This document shows, piece by piece, positions 37,797 through 49,340 of a stretch of 64,000 bases of DNA. The DNA comes from Magallana gigas. Taxonomy: Eukaryota. The translations under genes and the position numbers were made by a program. The stretch is from assembly GCF_963853765.1 (NCBI RefSeq), contig NC_088857.1, positions 36,704,001-36,768,000 on the forward strand, in the 5' to 3' direction. The notes under the pieces are model-generated. The model saw only the letters and a list, made by a program, of their open reading frames with translations. It had not been told where the DNA came from and did no database searches. Position 1 is the first letter of the stretch. Each line of letters starts with the position of its first letter.

Positions 37797-37950
37797 NNNN
37801 NNNNNNNNNNNNNNNNNNNNNNNNNNNNNNNNNNNNNNNNNNNNNNNNNNNNNNNNNNNNNNNNNNNNNNNNNNNNNNNNNNNNNNNNNNNNNNNNNNNN
37901 NNNNNNNNNNNNNNNNNNNNNNNNNNNNNNNNNNNNNNNNNNNNNNNNNN
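37797..37950. other. Assembly gap (N run)
   Basis: Directly visible. The equivalent interval in copy B is 54341-54396. Confidence 1.
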
Positions 37951-38183
37951 TGTGAAAAAATTCCAAATCCGTCGTTAGCGTTATATCGGAATTTGAAAGT
38001 GTACATTTATCGTTTTGACCCTTTACTTACAATTTTAGAGTTTCCGATGGTAAGAAAACTAGCAGACTACCCCAAAAAAAAAAAAATGATTTCGATATCG
38101 AAAACTAAAGTCATCGGTGTGATATGTAAGAAAATTTTGTCTGAACTGTAAAAAATATTTTACAACAAACATTTCTCATAATC

Positions 38184-40980
38184 ATGTATACACATGGTAA
38201 ACGTCTGAATTTGTTAACAGGTATCTTATGTATGGTACTGGTTGTAATGATTGCTATATCAGAAAGCGAATCTATGTCTCTTAATGAGCATAGCTCGGAT
38301 GATGAAATTGAGGACGAGGTAAGTTTTTTTGTTATATACATTGTGTACATTTACAAATTGCCGAACCATCCACTATAAATATTTATGACGTTTTACTTAA
38401 ACACAACTTTGTCCTTGTAGAATGTAGATTCTGTATTTTATAAATTGAATATGATGTACTGCATTTGAAATATGAAAATGATCATCATTATTACAAACAA
38501 TACCTACAGTACCTATCAGACCCAACCTAACAGAAAGTAAACCCCAACTAAACCCTGGGTTTACTTTCTGGGTTTACTTCGGGTTTACTAGAGTGGACCC
38601 AGAGTAAACCCAAAGTAAACCCAGAGTGGACACAGAGAGTAAACCCAGTCAGAAGTATACCCCTGAAAGCAGACGTTAACTGTGTATTCGGAATATATAA
38701 AGGGTAGGAATTACAGGCAGTAGAATGGTAAGATAAAATACTATAGTCTGCTTCACACTTCAGTGCATACAGTTGACCTCAAAAGCAATTTCAAAGTAAA
38801 CCCAAAGTAAACCCCGAGTAAACCCAAAGTAAACCCCGAGTGGACCCAAATTTTCAAAAAGTAAACCCAAAGTAAACCCAAAAAGTAAACCCGGGGTTTA
38901 GTTGGGGTTTACTCTGGTGTTAGGTTGGGTCTGATCGGTACTGTACAGAGGTCTTTTAGTTTATTTACAGATTGTCGAGAGATTTGAAAGAGGTAAGGTG
39001 TTTGTAAACGTCTATCCGAAAAAATGAGTTGTCTNNNNNNNNNNNNNNNNNNNNNNNNNNNNNNNNNNNNNNNNNNNNNNNNNNNNNNNNNNNNNNNNNN
39101 NNNNNNNNNNNNNNNNNNNNNNNNNNNNNNNNNNNNNNNNNNNNNNNNNNNNNNNNNNNNNNNNNNNNNNNNNGGTAAGGACCACGAACATCACAAAAAA
39201 CATCACCATAAGCATGACAAGAATAAGAAAAATCACCACAAACCAAAGAATGGCACTGTGTCTGACAATTCAAATAAGGTAAAACAAAAATATCAATCAA
39301 TTAAATTGAATTGTAAAAATGCAAGCTACAGTTTTCTCATTTACGTTTTCACTATTGCAAAATGAATGCAAGAAATGGCCATGTGAAAAGACGATATAAT
39401 GAAGTCTTTGTTGGGAGGCCACTATACTCTGTCCAGAGTTTTTGCTTCCACCACTTTTTGCTTGATATTTCAATAATAGTAAATACCTTTGTGCTCAAAC
39501 TACGTTCATCCACTAATATGAAAAATGTCCAGATTATCTGTTTTCAAACGTCCCCTCTACCGCCTCAGATTTCAATACACATTCCAAAATTGAAAGTCTA
39601 CGGAGATTTTGCATTGCAACAGCCATTAATAAGCCCGGATGATAACGTTAAAAAATTGCGCGATGTATTCCGAGTGTATTCCGAATGGAAAAAAGATGTA
39701 AACATTTCCCATTATAAATCTCTGTAAGAAAATTGTTTTTGTTCCTGTGAAATTTCATGAGTGAAAATATATAGTAAAAAAATAACAATTATATTTCACA
39801 TGATGTTATTGGCAGTAAATAATATATTCGGATGCCAAAGAATAAAATGCAAACTGTCCTCTTCTAAAAGATTTTCTTTCCAACACTACGTGTATAGACA
39901 GAATCCATGTACGCAAACAAGAAGACTGACGTAAATGAGAAGGCTAAAGTGACCGGAATGAAGTCGCAAAAGCCAGGCAAGCACGCCCATGTGAAGGCCG
40001 TAGAGGTGGCGGACGAGGGGTCCAAGACGGGGGTGATCGTCGCTGTCGTTCTCGTCCTCATCACAGTTCTCGGGGTCGGCGCGGCGGTGTTTATTGTAGT
40101 AAGAGTTTTCTTCCCTTCCCGAACTCTCGCTTATAATATTTTTTTTTCATGTGCATCAGTCAAATATCAAATGTGCTTTTTTAGAACTTATAGGCTAAAG
40201 TAATTGTAGCAATGCATTTGAAAAAAACCATGAATTTCAAAGTTCGTTATGAATGTACATCAACATTTTTTATCATGGGGACACTTTACGAACTTCGAAA
40301 AATATGTATGAATAAAAAATTCTGGGTTTTAATTGGTTGATAAAATAATTTCTAAACACTGATAAGTATGATTTATGGGGAGGAGGGCAGCTAATGGTAC
40401 AGTAAAAAGATCAAAATATAGTGGGATAGTTGACGGCTAAGCGATGCGGTTCATATCCTGTTTGCCGATGATATAAATCTGGAGAGATGGTCTTGTAAAT
40501 TGTTGAACTACGCGTGAGCTTATAGGAGGAAAGTTCTTAATCGAGAAACTGTTTTTAAAGTAAACTAAAAATCCCTTTGGTTATCTGTTTAATTTATCCC
40601 ATCTAGCTAAACAAGGTTTATTGTATTTAAAGTCCATTATTTCTACCAAACTCTGCACATTTTTGTAAAGTGCGTTAATATCAACGATATCTCAATGGAC
40701 AGCTACAAGGTAGACGGGGTGCAAGACAATATGAGATTTACTGGACTCGTAATATAATGATATTATAATTTACGATACAAGCCATTACCTCACAAAAATG
40801 TATCAATTTACAATATACGTCCAGCCTAATGTTAATACGACACATAATTACTTTTTTTGTAGTGATCAGAATTATCTAATATGTACATTAAAGTTTCATC
40901 CAGCTTGCATGTTGCATGTACTCATATGGACTTTTGTTTTATTTCTACAGAAAAAGAAAAGAGCTCAAGGAAAATCCTAA
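38184..40980 (+). CDS. Orphan His/Lys-rich type I membrane protein, 5 exons, ~165 aa
   Basis: Exons 38184-38318, 38971-38992 (22 nt), ~39169-39278 (acceptor hidden in the gap, visible in copy B), 39898-40098 and 40951-40980, with matching phases. Layout: signal-like [28 protein letters not shown], acidic SSDDEIEDE, His/Lys run, NGT sequon, [25 protein letters not shown], tail KKKRAQGKS*. Confidence 0.8.
38507..38943. mobile_element. Tc1/mariner-type MITE (CAGTACC TIR, TA TSD, GTAAACCC subrepeats) in intron 1 of the His-rich gene
   Basis: TIR CAGTACCTATCAGACCCAACCTAACA / TGTTAGGTTGGGTCTGATCGGTACTG, TA on both sides. The empty site CCTACAGAG is seen in copy B at ~54944. Confidence 0.9.
39035..39173. 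other. Assembly gap (N run) hiding the exon-3 acceptor
   Basis: Directly visible. The equivalent interval in copy B is 55037-55093. Confidence 1.
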
Positions 40981-42274
40981 CTCAGCATCCAGTGGTCTGT
41001 TCTGATGTTTTTTTTTTGTTTTTTTTTACAGTTGTGTTAACTCTATGGAATAAACATTTTACGAAATAGATATTAAAGTCTTTTGGATTTCTTTTGTTGT
41101 TTCTAAAATTAAAACAAGGTACGTACACATTGCTAAGAAAAAATATCTATTTGTAAGCTGTTCATATTCACGAGTCGAAGTATTCTCTTAATCATTTTTG
41201 TACATAAAATTTAAAAGAAAAGAAATATATAATAACTATATTTTTAACAAAACAAGAAAAAAAAATAAAACAGTATTTGCATCTGTATTCGAAATTAGGT
41301 TGTTCATGTTTACCTGAGGTGAATAAAACAATTTTGATTAATCTTAAATTAATATATTAGATACTATAGTTTAAATCTATTACCAGAACGACAACTAAAC
41401 TCACGGTAATCACTTACATGTAACTGAACTTTTTGCACTTGAAACTTTGTTGCCCAGTGTAAAAAAATTTCAAAATGTGTACGTTTACTTAAAAAATATG
41501 AATTTTATATTATAGTGTTTTAAAAGCAGTATACCTTCCCTAAATTTAAATGTTAACTTAAGGGATCGATTTATTTGGAATCTTTTTTTTTATCATTATG
41601 AAGAGTATTCGGTTTAAAATCATGTTATAAAAAATTTACAGATTAAACTTTTAATTACCAGTTATAGATGAATTTTATTTAAATTGATAATTCAAGAAGG
41701 TAGTTTTTATGGGTTTGTACACTGTTTTAGTACTGAAGCACACAGAATATTGGTAGGAGTTGGCTTTTGGCTTTATAGAAAAACCTGCCGGCTTCTGAAA
41801 ATTTGTAATTGGGTTCTGTATTTGGTTTCCTCATTGTATTTCCGATGTTGCTTTTGTGGAAAAACCGGCATTTTGAAAATGTTACATTATTAAATCATTC
41901 CGATTTAACCTGGCATTAGGTCGACACTAGAAAAAAAAATGTAACTGGCCTCTAAACTAGTGCAAGTAAGTGATTTGTTAATCAACCTGTCATTTCTATC
42001 TTTTAATAGTTTTTACCACATCTTTTTATTCAGCCCTTTTAAAAAGTCATTGCTATAGTAAGTAAACATATCATAATACATGTGTAAACATATCTGACTG
42101 CTCATTGAAAAAGACAAAAAGATGAAAGACAAAGAGGAGATGAAGGTCGTGCACAGCGAAGAAACGTTACGTCAGAGGAAACAGGATAAACTACAGCGTC
42201 AAGTGGACCAACACGAGGGAAAGCTACTGTCGAATAACCACCAGAGACTCCACACGTCCAAGCATGTCAACGAG

Positions 42275-43426
42275 TAGCTGCAGATCTGTAGCTCTCTGGT
42301 TGAAAAAATTTGGATAGACAAACCAGAGAGCTACAGTTCCAAGCGTTGTAAAAACCTCCGATTTACGCCGCCGTTTTTGTGTCGCTCGCTTCGGGAATTA
42401 TATCCGACTTTAAAAGCATTCAACCGCCTAAAAAATTGGATTTATTAATTAAACATATAGTTTACCCTAACTCTGCTAACTTTGTTTTCCTTTCAATGGT
42501 TCACAACGGCCATCCTTCGCCTTGGAATGTCATCGTTTTAAAAAACTCGCCTTATGACAACCATGTTTACCTAGTAGCGAGATCTCGGGTGCGTCAACTT
42601 ACCCAAATGGACCCAAATGAACCCAAATGCACCCAAATGGCGATTAAAGTGGAAAACAATTATAATAAAGTCCTTATTACTAATATCATCACTTGTTTTA
42701 GTCATTTCATGGGGTTGTTAGCCGTTATTAAGAAAAATAAAGACCCAAATGGCGATTCAAGCGGAAAACAATTATAATAAAATCCTCATAATTTAGGGAA
42801 ATTTGGAAAAATAAAAGCCGAAGGTCCAGAACAATAATTAAAATTTTTTCAGTATATCTTTAAAAATTGTTTTTGAAAAATAAAGATGAGCATTTTATCT
42901 CGATTTTTAAAATTATATAATGTATGTAATTATATTCAAATAATATAAATATATATATTATATAAAAATAAAACAACTTTTTAAAATAATTTTAATTATT
43001 GTTATGGACCTTCGGCTTTTATTTTTTTCCAAATTTCCCTAAATTATGAGGATTTTATTATAATTGATTTCCGCTTGGGTTCATTTGGGTCCATTTGGGT
43101 AAGTTGACGCACCCGAGATCTCGCTACTAGGTAAACATGGTTGTCATAAGGCGAGTGTTTTAAAACGATGACATTCCAAGGCGAAGGATGGCCGTTGTGA
43201 ACCATTGAAAGGAAAACAAAGTTAGCAGAGTTAGGGTAAACTATATGTTTAATTAATAAATCCAATTTTTTAGGCGGTTGAATGCTTTTAAAGTCGGATA
43301 TAATTCCCGAAGCGAGCGACACAAAAACGGCGGCGTAAATCGGAGGTTTTTACAACGCTTGGAACTGTAGCTCTCTGGTTTGTCTATCCGAATTTTTTCA
43401 ACCAGAGAGCTACAGATCTGCAGCTA
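42275..43426. mobile_element. Mutator(MULE)-like foldback element, 1152 bp, 9-bp TSD
   Basis: Ends TAGCTGCAGATCTGTAGCTCTCTGGTTGAAAAAAT... are inverted over several hundred bp around an AT-rich centre. The right arm lacks ~135 bp. Perfect TSD GTCAACGAG at 42266-74 and 43427-35. Confidence 0.9.
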
Positions 43427-44090
43427 GTCAACGAGGTAACAAAACATGTCAAACAAGGTAACAAAGAATGTCATCATTAAGATGACAAAAATTGGCAACC
43501 AGGTAACAAAGCATGTCAACAAAGGTAACAGAGCATATCAACAACGTAACAAAGAATGTCAACCAGGTAACAAAACATGTCATCAAGGAAACAGAACATG
43601 TCAACAACGTTACAAAGAATGTCAGCCTGTGACTCAACCAGATAGCAAAGAATCTCAAGCAACAAACATGCCGACAAGGTACATGTAACAAAGCATGTCA
43701 ACAAGGTTACAAAGCATGGCAACCAGGCAACAAAGCATGTCAACAAGGTAACAAAAAATGTCAATTTTGCAACAAAGAAAGTCAACTAGGTAACAAAGCA
43801 TGTCAACAAGGTAACAAAGAATGCCAACAAGGTTACAAAGAATGCCAACAAGGTTACAAAGTATGGCAACCGGGCAACAAAGCATGTCAACAAGATAACA
43901 AATAAAATTCAATAAGGTAACAAAGATTTAACAACTTCTATCAACAAATTAACAATGGTAACAAAAATTGTCAACATGAACAAGAAAAAAATGCATGTCA
44001 ACTAGATAACAACATGTAAATTAATATGTAACATAGAATGTCAACAAGGTAACATGCTTCATCATAGTAACAAAGTATCAACAAGGTTGG
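43427..44090. repeat. 21-bp minisatellite (GTAACAAAGCATGTCAACAAG), ~30 diverged units
   Basis: Directly visible periodicity. It translates as a VTKHVNK heptad in one frame. Confidence 0.9.
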
Positions 44091-45154
44091 ACGGTTTTAA
44101 AATAATCACACATTCTATATATCAGCGTCAGCAGTTGAAGTTGATGTAAGCGAGATATCGTCATTGACGTGCTCTCTCTTTTTATTCAGAGATATTTACA
44201 TGCAAAGAATATATTTCTTTATGGGGAATTAACTGTTAAGGTAAACTCTATCATTTTAACACATTCATACCTTTTTAAAACACTGCTCAGCCTTACAACA
44301 TTACAATATTCAAGATTTTCGTGTCGTAATTTTTAATACACATTTCATTTTGCATTTGCCTTTCTCACAATGTTCTTTTGTACCAAGCTTGAAAGCAATC
44401 CTTAATTAAAGCTGTCTATTCATGTTGTGAAAGACATACATACGTCAATGTTAAATACGTTTTCCTTTCCAATAAAAAGATGAACGCCATTTTACCAATA
44501 AAAGTTATGTACAGCTCAGTATGTCGCTACAATATCTGTTTACAGAACAAAAATCGTACATATTTTGCTATTTTTGTTGTTATTATTTTGTGAAGTGTTT
44601 TAAAATTTATAGCATTCCAAAATCTTTAACACAGACAGTTTAATAAATGAATTTTGAATTCTATATTTTATTTTGGCGTCACATACCCTTATGTTGAACA
44701 TCAGCCTAAATGAAAACTCGCGCTCACATTGAAGATCTAACGGTTGTGACTGTTGAAATGCATCTTCCATTACCTAGACCTTATCGTTAAAAATACAAGA
44801 ACTTTGAATTTAAATATCATATGCAGACAAGATAGAAAATTCAAATAAAGAATTGGGGGGGGGGGGAGATAGCACAAATGCCCATTCGGTTTGGTAGTGA
44901 AATAGAATTTTTAATTTATTTTTTTTAATTAAATCTATTCGAATATATTATAATACGAGTTTGCAAATGCACAATTTCTAACTTTATTCAGTTTTTAATA
45001 TACATATATTAAAAAAATATTGCCTTATATTTTGGTGGTTTCGAACCCACAACGTAAAAACCCAAGTTATCTAAAGTTAGCTTATGTCTGGTACTCTTTT
45101 TTTTTTAGTCTGGTGCTCTCACCACGGAGCAATTTTAGACACAACAAATTGTGC

Positions 45155-45236
45155 TTTTTAGCTCACCTGAGCCAAAGGCTCAGTGAGCTTTTCTGATCAC
45201 AATTTGTCCGTTGTCTGTCGTTGTCGTCGTCGTTGT

Positions 45237-45267
<31 letters not shown>

Positions 45268-45315
45268 AAGAACCACTGGGCAGATTTCAACCAAATTTGG
45301 CACAAAGCACCACTA

Positions 45316-45348
<33 letters not shown>

Positions 45349-46140
45349 GTCACGCTTTCTTTAAAGGGTAGATAATTGAGAATTATTGAAAATTTGTTGG
45401 TATTTTTCAAAAATCTTCTTCTTAAAAACTATTAGGCCTGAAAAGCTTAAACTTGTGTGGAGGCATCCTCAGGTAGTGTAGATTCAAATTTGTTCAAATC
45501 ATGGTCCCCGGGAGTCGGGGCTACGAGAGGGGGATCAAGTTATACATAGGAATATATAGGGAAAATCTTTAAAAATCTTCTTCTCAAAAACTATCAGGCC
45601 AGAAAAGCTCAAATTAAAATGGGAGCATCCTCAGATATAGTGTAGATTCAAGTTGGTTCAAATCATGGTTCCCGGGGGTAGGGTGGGGCCACAATTGGGG
45701 GATCAATTTTTACATAGGAATATATAGAGAAGATCTTTAAAAATCTTCTTCTCAAAAACTATTAGGCCAGAAAAGCTCAAATTAAAGTGGAAGCATCCTC
45801 AGGTAGTGTAGATTCAAATTTGTTCAAATCATAGTACCTGGTGATATGGTGGGGCCACAATGGGGGAATGGATTTTTACATAGAAATATATAGAGAAAAT
45901 CTTTAAAAATCTTCTTCTCAAAAACTATTAGGCCAGGAAAGCTCAAATTAAAATGGAAGCATCCTCAGGTAGTGTAGATTCAAGTTGGTTCAAATCATGG
46001 TCCCTGTGGGTAGGGTGTAGGGTACCCTCATTGTACGGATAACTCCTCCTACAGTTTTCAAGATAAGAAGTTGTTCTTTTGCAAATCAATTGTACTTGTA
46101 TTAGAGGTGTGCATATTGCTAGGATTTTGATTTCCGATAA
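45155..46140 (+). mobile_element. Helentron-associated non-autonomous element carrying a ~166-bp satellite array
   Basis: Start TTTTAGCTCACCTGAGCCAAAGGCTCAGTGAGCTTTTCTGATCAC plus (GTC/GTT)n. AAATCTTCTT recurs at 45411, 45573, 45741 and 45907 (periods 162/168/166). This is the architecture described for oyster HINE-borne satellites. Confidence 0.8.
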
Positions 46141-46893
46141 TTTATGAAAAAAAACCAGCTTTTGAACTTAGTCATTTTTTGGCAAAATATTGCATATAGG
46201 GTACTCCATTTCACTGGATGTCACACTGACAGCTTTTCACTTGTTTTTCAAAAGGTTCAATTGTTGGGATACAAAATGATATTTTTAATGTATAAAGGGT
46301 CATCTCTCCACTTTTTGTTAATTGAAATTGGCTTGTTTTCCATTAGACCTAATTTAGAAAAAGAGAAAAATATGGAGCACAGACTCACTCTTGAAGGTTC
46401 TAAATTTGACAATATTTAGAGGTTTTGATACGTACCCGCCTGTTTGAGTCAACAAATTCCAAGTATTGAACATATTTAAAGGTTAAAAATCGATTCAGTA
46501 TCTTATCCGTGTGTGTTTAGGCATTTTACACGCCTTATCCACCCATCTTCTTAAAATGAAAATATAACCACTGAATAAAACTCACTACTGCAACAATGGA
46601 TGCAAACTTTTCACAACCGCTAACGTGCATTATACTCAATTAGTTTGAACATTTTGTTGAAGTTATGTGACTACCTCTTTCAAAAAATAATGATTGCTTG
46701 CGTGAACTTTTGGTTCTTTTACCTGCTTTTGGTACCACAAGTCATTTAGACGATGAATTAGCTTCGTCTACCGTGTTTCGAAAATGTAATTAATAATTCT
46801 TTCCTATTTCACAAAAAAAAAACCGCGATAAACCGTTGTGATTCTATAAACGACACTAACTTTTGTCAGATGTGAGTATTGTTTCTTTGACAG

Positions 46894-48569
46894 TTAATCC
46901 CCTCCAAGACCCTAACAGCGGATATTAATATTCGACTACAAGATGACTCGGCGAAGGACAGTTCCGTAATGGCATTCGTAGCGGTCGGGATTCTCATTGG
47001 ACATTTGTTGGCTATCCTGGCCATTATGTAAGTAACCGTACATTATAAACCTTTTCCGGAAAATAAATTTCATTTTGAGTTCCCTTTCCCCCCCGGAATT
47101 TACATTTTATTTTTCTGTACCGCAGAATTTGTCGGTGTTATAAAGCAAGAGTAAGTATTCGTTTGATTGCTTTGATCGTTAAGTGCATGTAGTTGTTATG
47201 TTATTGTATTTTATTTGAGCATGCGTTTATTGAAATACACTTTATTTGTTTTGCTTGAAAATTAGGATAAAAAGAAAACTTGTTTAACAATTACAATCGT
47301 TTCGTTTATTGAATTTGATTAACACTGCAAACCACCCTAATACATTAACAACATGACAGGAGAAAAACCATAATCATGTTTTAATTGAATTTGAATTTTA
47401 AGTCGGACATTGATAGAGATGGACAGAAATCTGTAGACGCTGACAGAAAGGGGCATAAACAAGAAAAGACAAATGAAGGAGTTGACAGATCCCTTTCCAA
47501 CCACTCCCGGAAGTGACGACCTTTGTCAACAGTCAGGGTCAACGGAGCGACAAGCACCAGCCAAAGAAACCTCCTGACCCCCCAGAAATCTCTGATATCT
47601 ACACCACTGACCAGTGAGAAACAAAACCAGACGTCGCGCCTCTCCTTAGAGCCCCCACTTCCAGTGTTTAAATCTACAACAGGACAGATATCCCATCTCT
47701 CTATGAACTCCGCACCAGCAGTGTTTAGATCCGTCCCTGACAAACGGTTCAAGCTTTCCCGTATGTCTATAAATTCCGCACCACCAACCTTTGGATCAAC
47801 AAAGAACCAAACGTTAGGTCTGTCTTCAAATCCCCCAGTCAAAGTGGATGGATCCAAGCAAGACCAGATTTCCTTCATATCAATGAAATCGGTACCATCA
47901 GACCTTAGATCCGCCCCAGTGAAACAGAAACAAATATCCCATCTCTCCATTAAGTCCGCGCCTCCCGCTTTGGATTCCGCACAGGGTCAGCTTTCTCGGC
48001 TCTCTATGAAATCAGCTTCTACTGCCGTTAGGTCGACCCAAGAGAAACAAATTCAAACTTTCTGTCTTTCATTGATACGCGAAATGTCAAACGCTCAACA
48101 AAATAAAGCTGTGGAATCTAAAGAGTTGGTCAGGTCCAACACTCGTATAGGTTTACTGCAAGAAAAACAACTGCCTTCCCGCCTGTCTTTAAGGTCTGCA
48201 CCACCAGCTGCAAACCACGCGAATAATGTGATATACGATGTAAAGGAGACATCCTCGCATCCTGAAAATATATTTTTATTGAACAACAAGGGTAAGCCTC
48301 GCAGTGTGACGTCACGGCACGTTGAATTAAAACCATCTTTTCGGCTAACGTCGAAATTTACGAACCTTAACGATCCAATGGTTTCAGTTCATGAAGGTGC
48401 AACAACTGGACAGAGATCGGACGGTTCGGTACATACCGGTATCCATTCGATACCATCGGTACCAGAGAATAACAACTCCACTGCTGATGACACGAGGGCC
48501 TTGGGGGTACTCCCTGCACCCCCGTACCTGACGGGCATCCATCAGTTCAGGAGAGACAGTGGGTGGTGA
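46894..48569 (+). pseudogene. Orphan single-pass membrane protein gene (5' end unresolved) with an in-frame TGA before a 350-codon Ser/Pro-rich tail; pseudogene or readthrough gene
   Basis: Exons 46894-47027 (TM VMAFVAVGILIGHLLAILAII), 47126-47150 (ICRCYKAR) and 47403-48569, with matching phases. TGA at 47514-47516 lies in frame with the 348-aa ORF 47523-48569. Confidence 0.6.
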
Positions 48570-49340
48570 GAAGAGGGTGTCGGATGTTCATTGACACCCA
48601 ACCCCCTCTGGTAGTTGCTCATTTTGGTTTGCATTTCAAATTACAAATTGAAATACCCATAAGTTTAAAGTATTTTGTTTATTGCTAATTCATATCCGTT
48701 ATTCATTGATTGATATTACAAGTATCCCTTTTTACTGCGTTTTTTATGAATATTCTCGGAATGTAGTGCGTGAAATTTTTTTTTTACCAAGTAGGTATAA
48801 AATGACTCATTATGAACATTTGTTAAAAGCTCCCTTTTTAATAAGAATTCGAAAAGCAATCGCTCTCTGTCGAGCAGAGAAAATTTGATAAAATCTTGTA
48901 ATCGATCTATATTAATAGTTTCATCTTTTTTAAATTTCTAGCCTTAAGCTTATAGTTTCAGTATTGATTGCCTTTGGTAACGAATATATGTGCATCAGCC
49001 GGATCACTAATTGAAAGGATAGAAAAGGGAATTTTAATGCTCCATAAAATTGACGATCACTCGTAATAAAATATGAGAAGGCGGAAGTGAATTCGAGCTT
49101 AAACATGCAAGCAAACGAGCATACTCCAGTACAAGTTGAAAGTCAGATAATTGACCATGCACATAAACATAAACATCTTCAGACAGTATTATATGTATAA
49201 AACTATTAGTTATGATTTCTTGAATGCAATTTCTAAACACTTAGATCAAACCAACAGGTTTTGGAAGAAAGTGGAGTAAGACCTTAGAGAACATTCATTG
49301 TACACCCTATATCTAGATTTATATATTTTTTTAAACAGTT

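Larger units (their letters stand above)
35716..39300 (+). repeat. Segmental duplication, copy A
   Basis: Homology runs from AAACATCTTCAGACA (35716 / 49171) to AAAATATCAATCAA (39300 / 55223). Identity is high throughout apart from four insertions. Confidence 0.9.

Noticed and set aside
42101-42277. Alternative last exon of the His-rich gene
   Set aside because: The only phase-0 acceptor (AAAAAG|ATG) has no pyrimidine tract, whereas the acceptor at 40950 is strong and gives a proper stop.
42379-43322. Two ORFs with identical N-termini (MSLASGIISDFK...) on opposite strands
   Set aside because: They are the two arms of the foldback element, an artefact of the inverted repeat. No transposase motifs.
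43427-44090. Possible CRISPR-like array
   Set aside because: The units are contiguous 21-mers with no unique spacers and no cas genes. The context is eukaryotic.
45034-45132. Minus-strand tRNA-like A/B boxes
   Set aside because: The box spacing is too long and no cloverleaf forms. At most a worn SINE.
46690-46871. Signal-peptide-like start (MIACVNFWFFYLLLVPQ) for the TM orphan
   Set aside because: It hits a stop after 19 codons, and the next apparent intron would be only 22 nt, so no valid gene model could be built.
47381-47950. 189-aa antisense ORF
   Set aside because: It shadows the repetitive plus-strand exon and has no independent splice or homology support.
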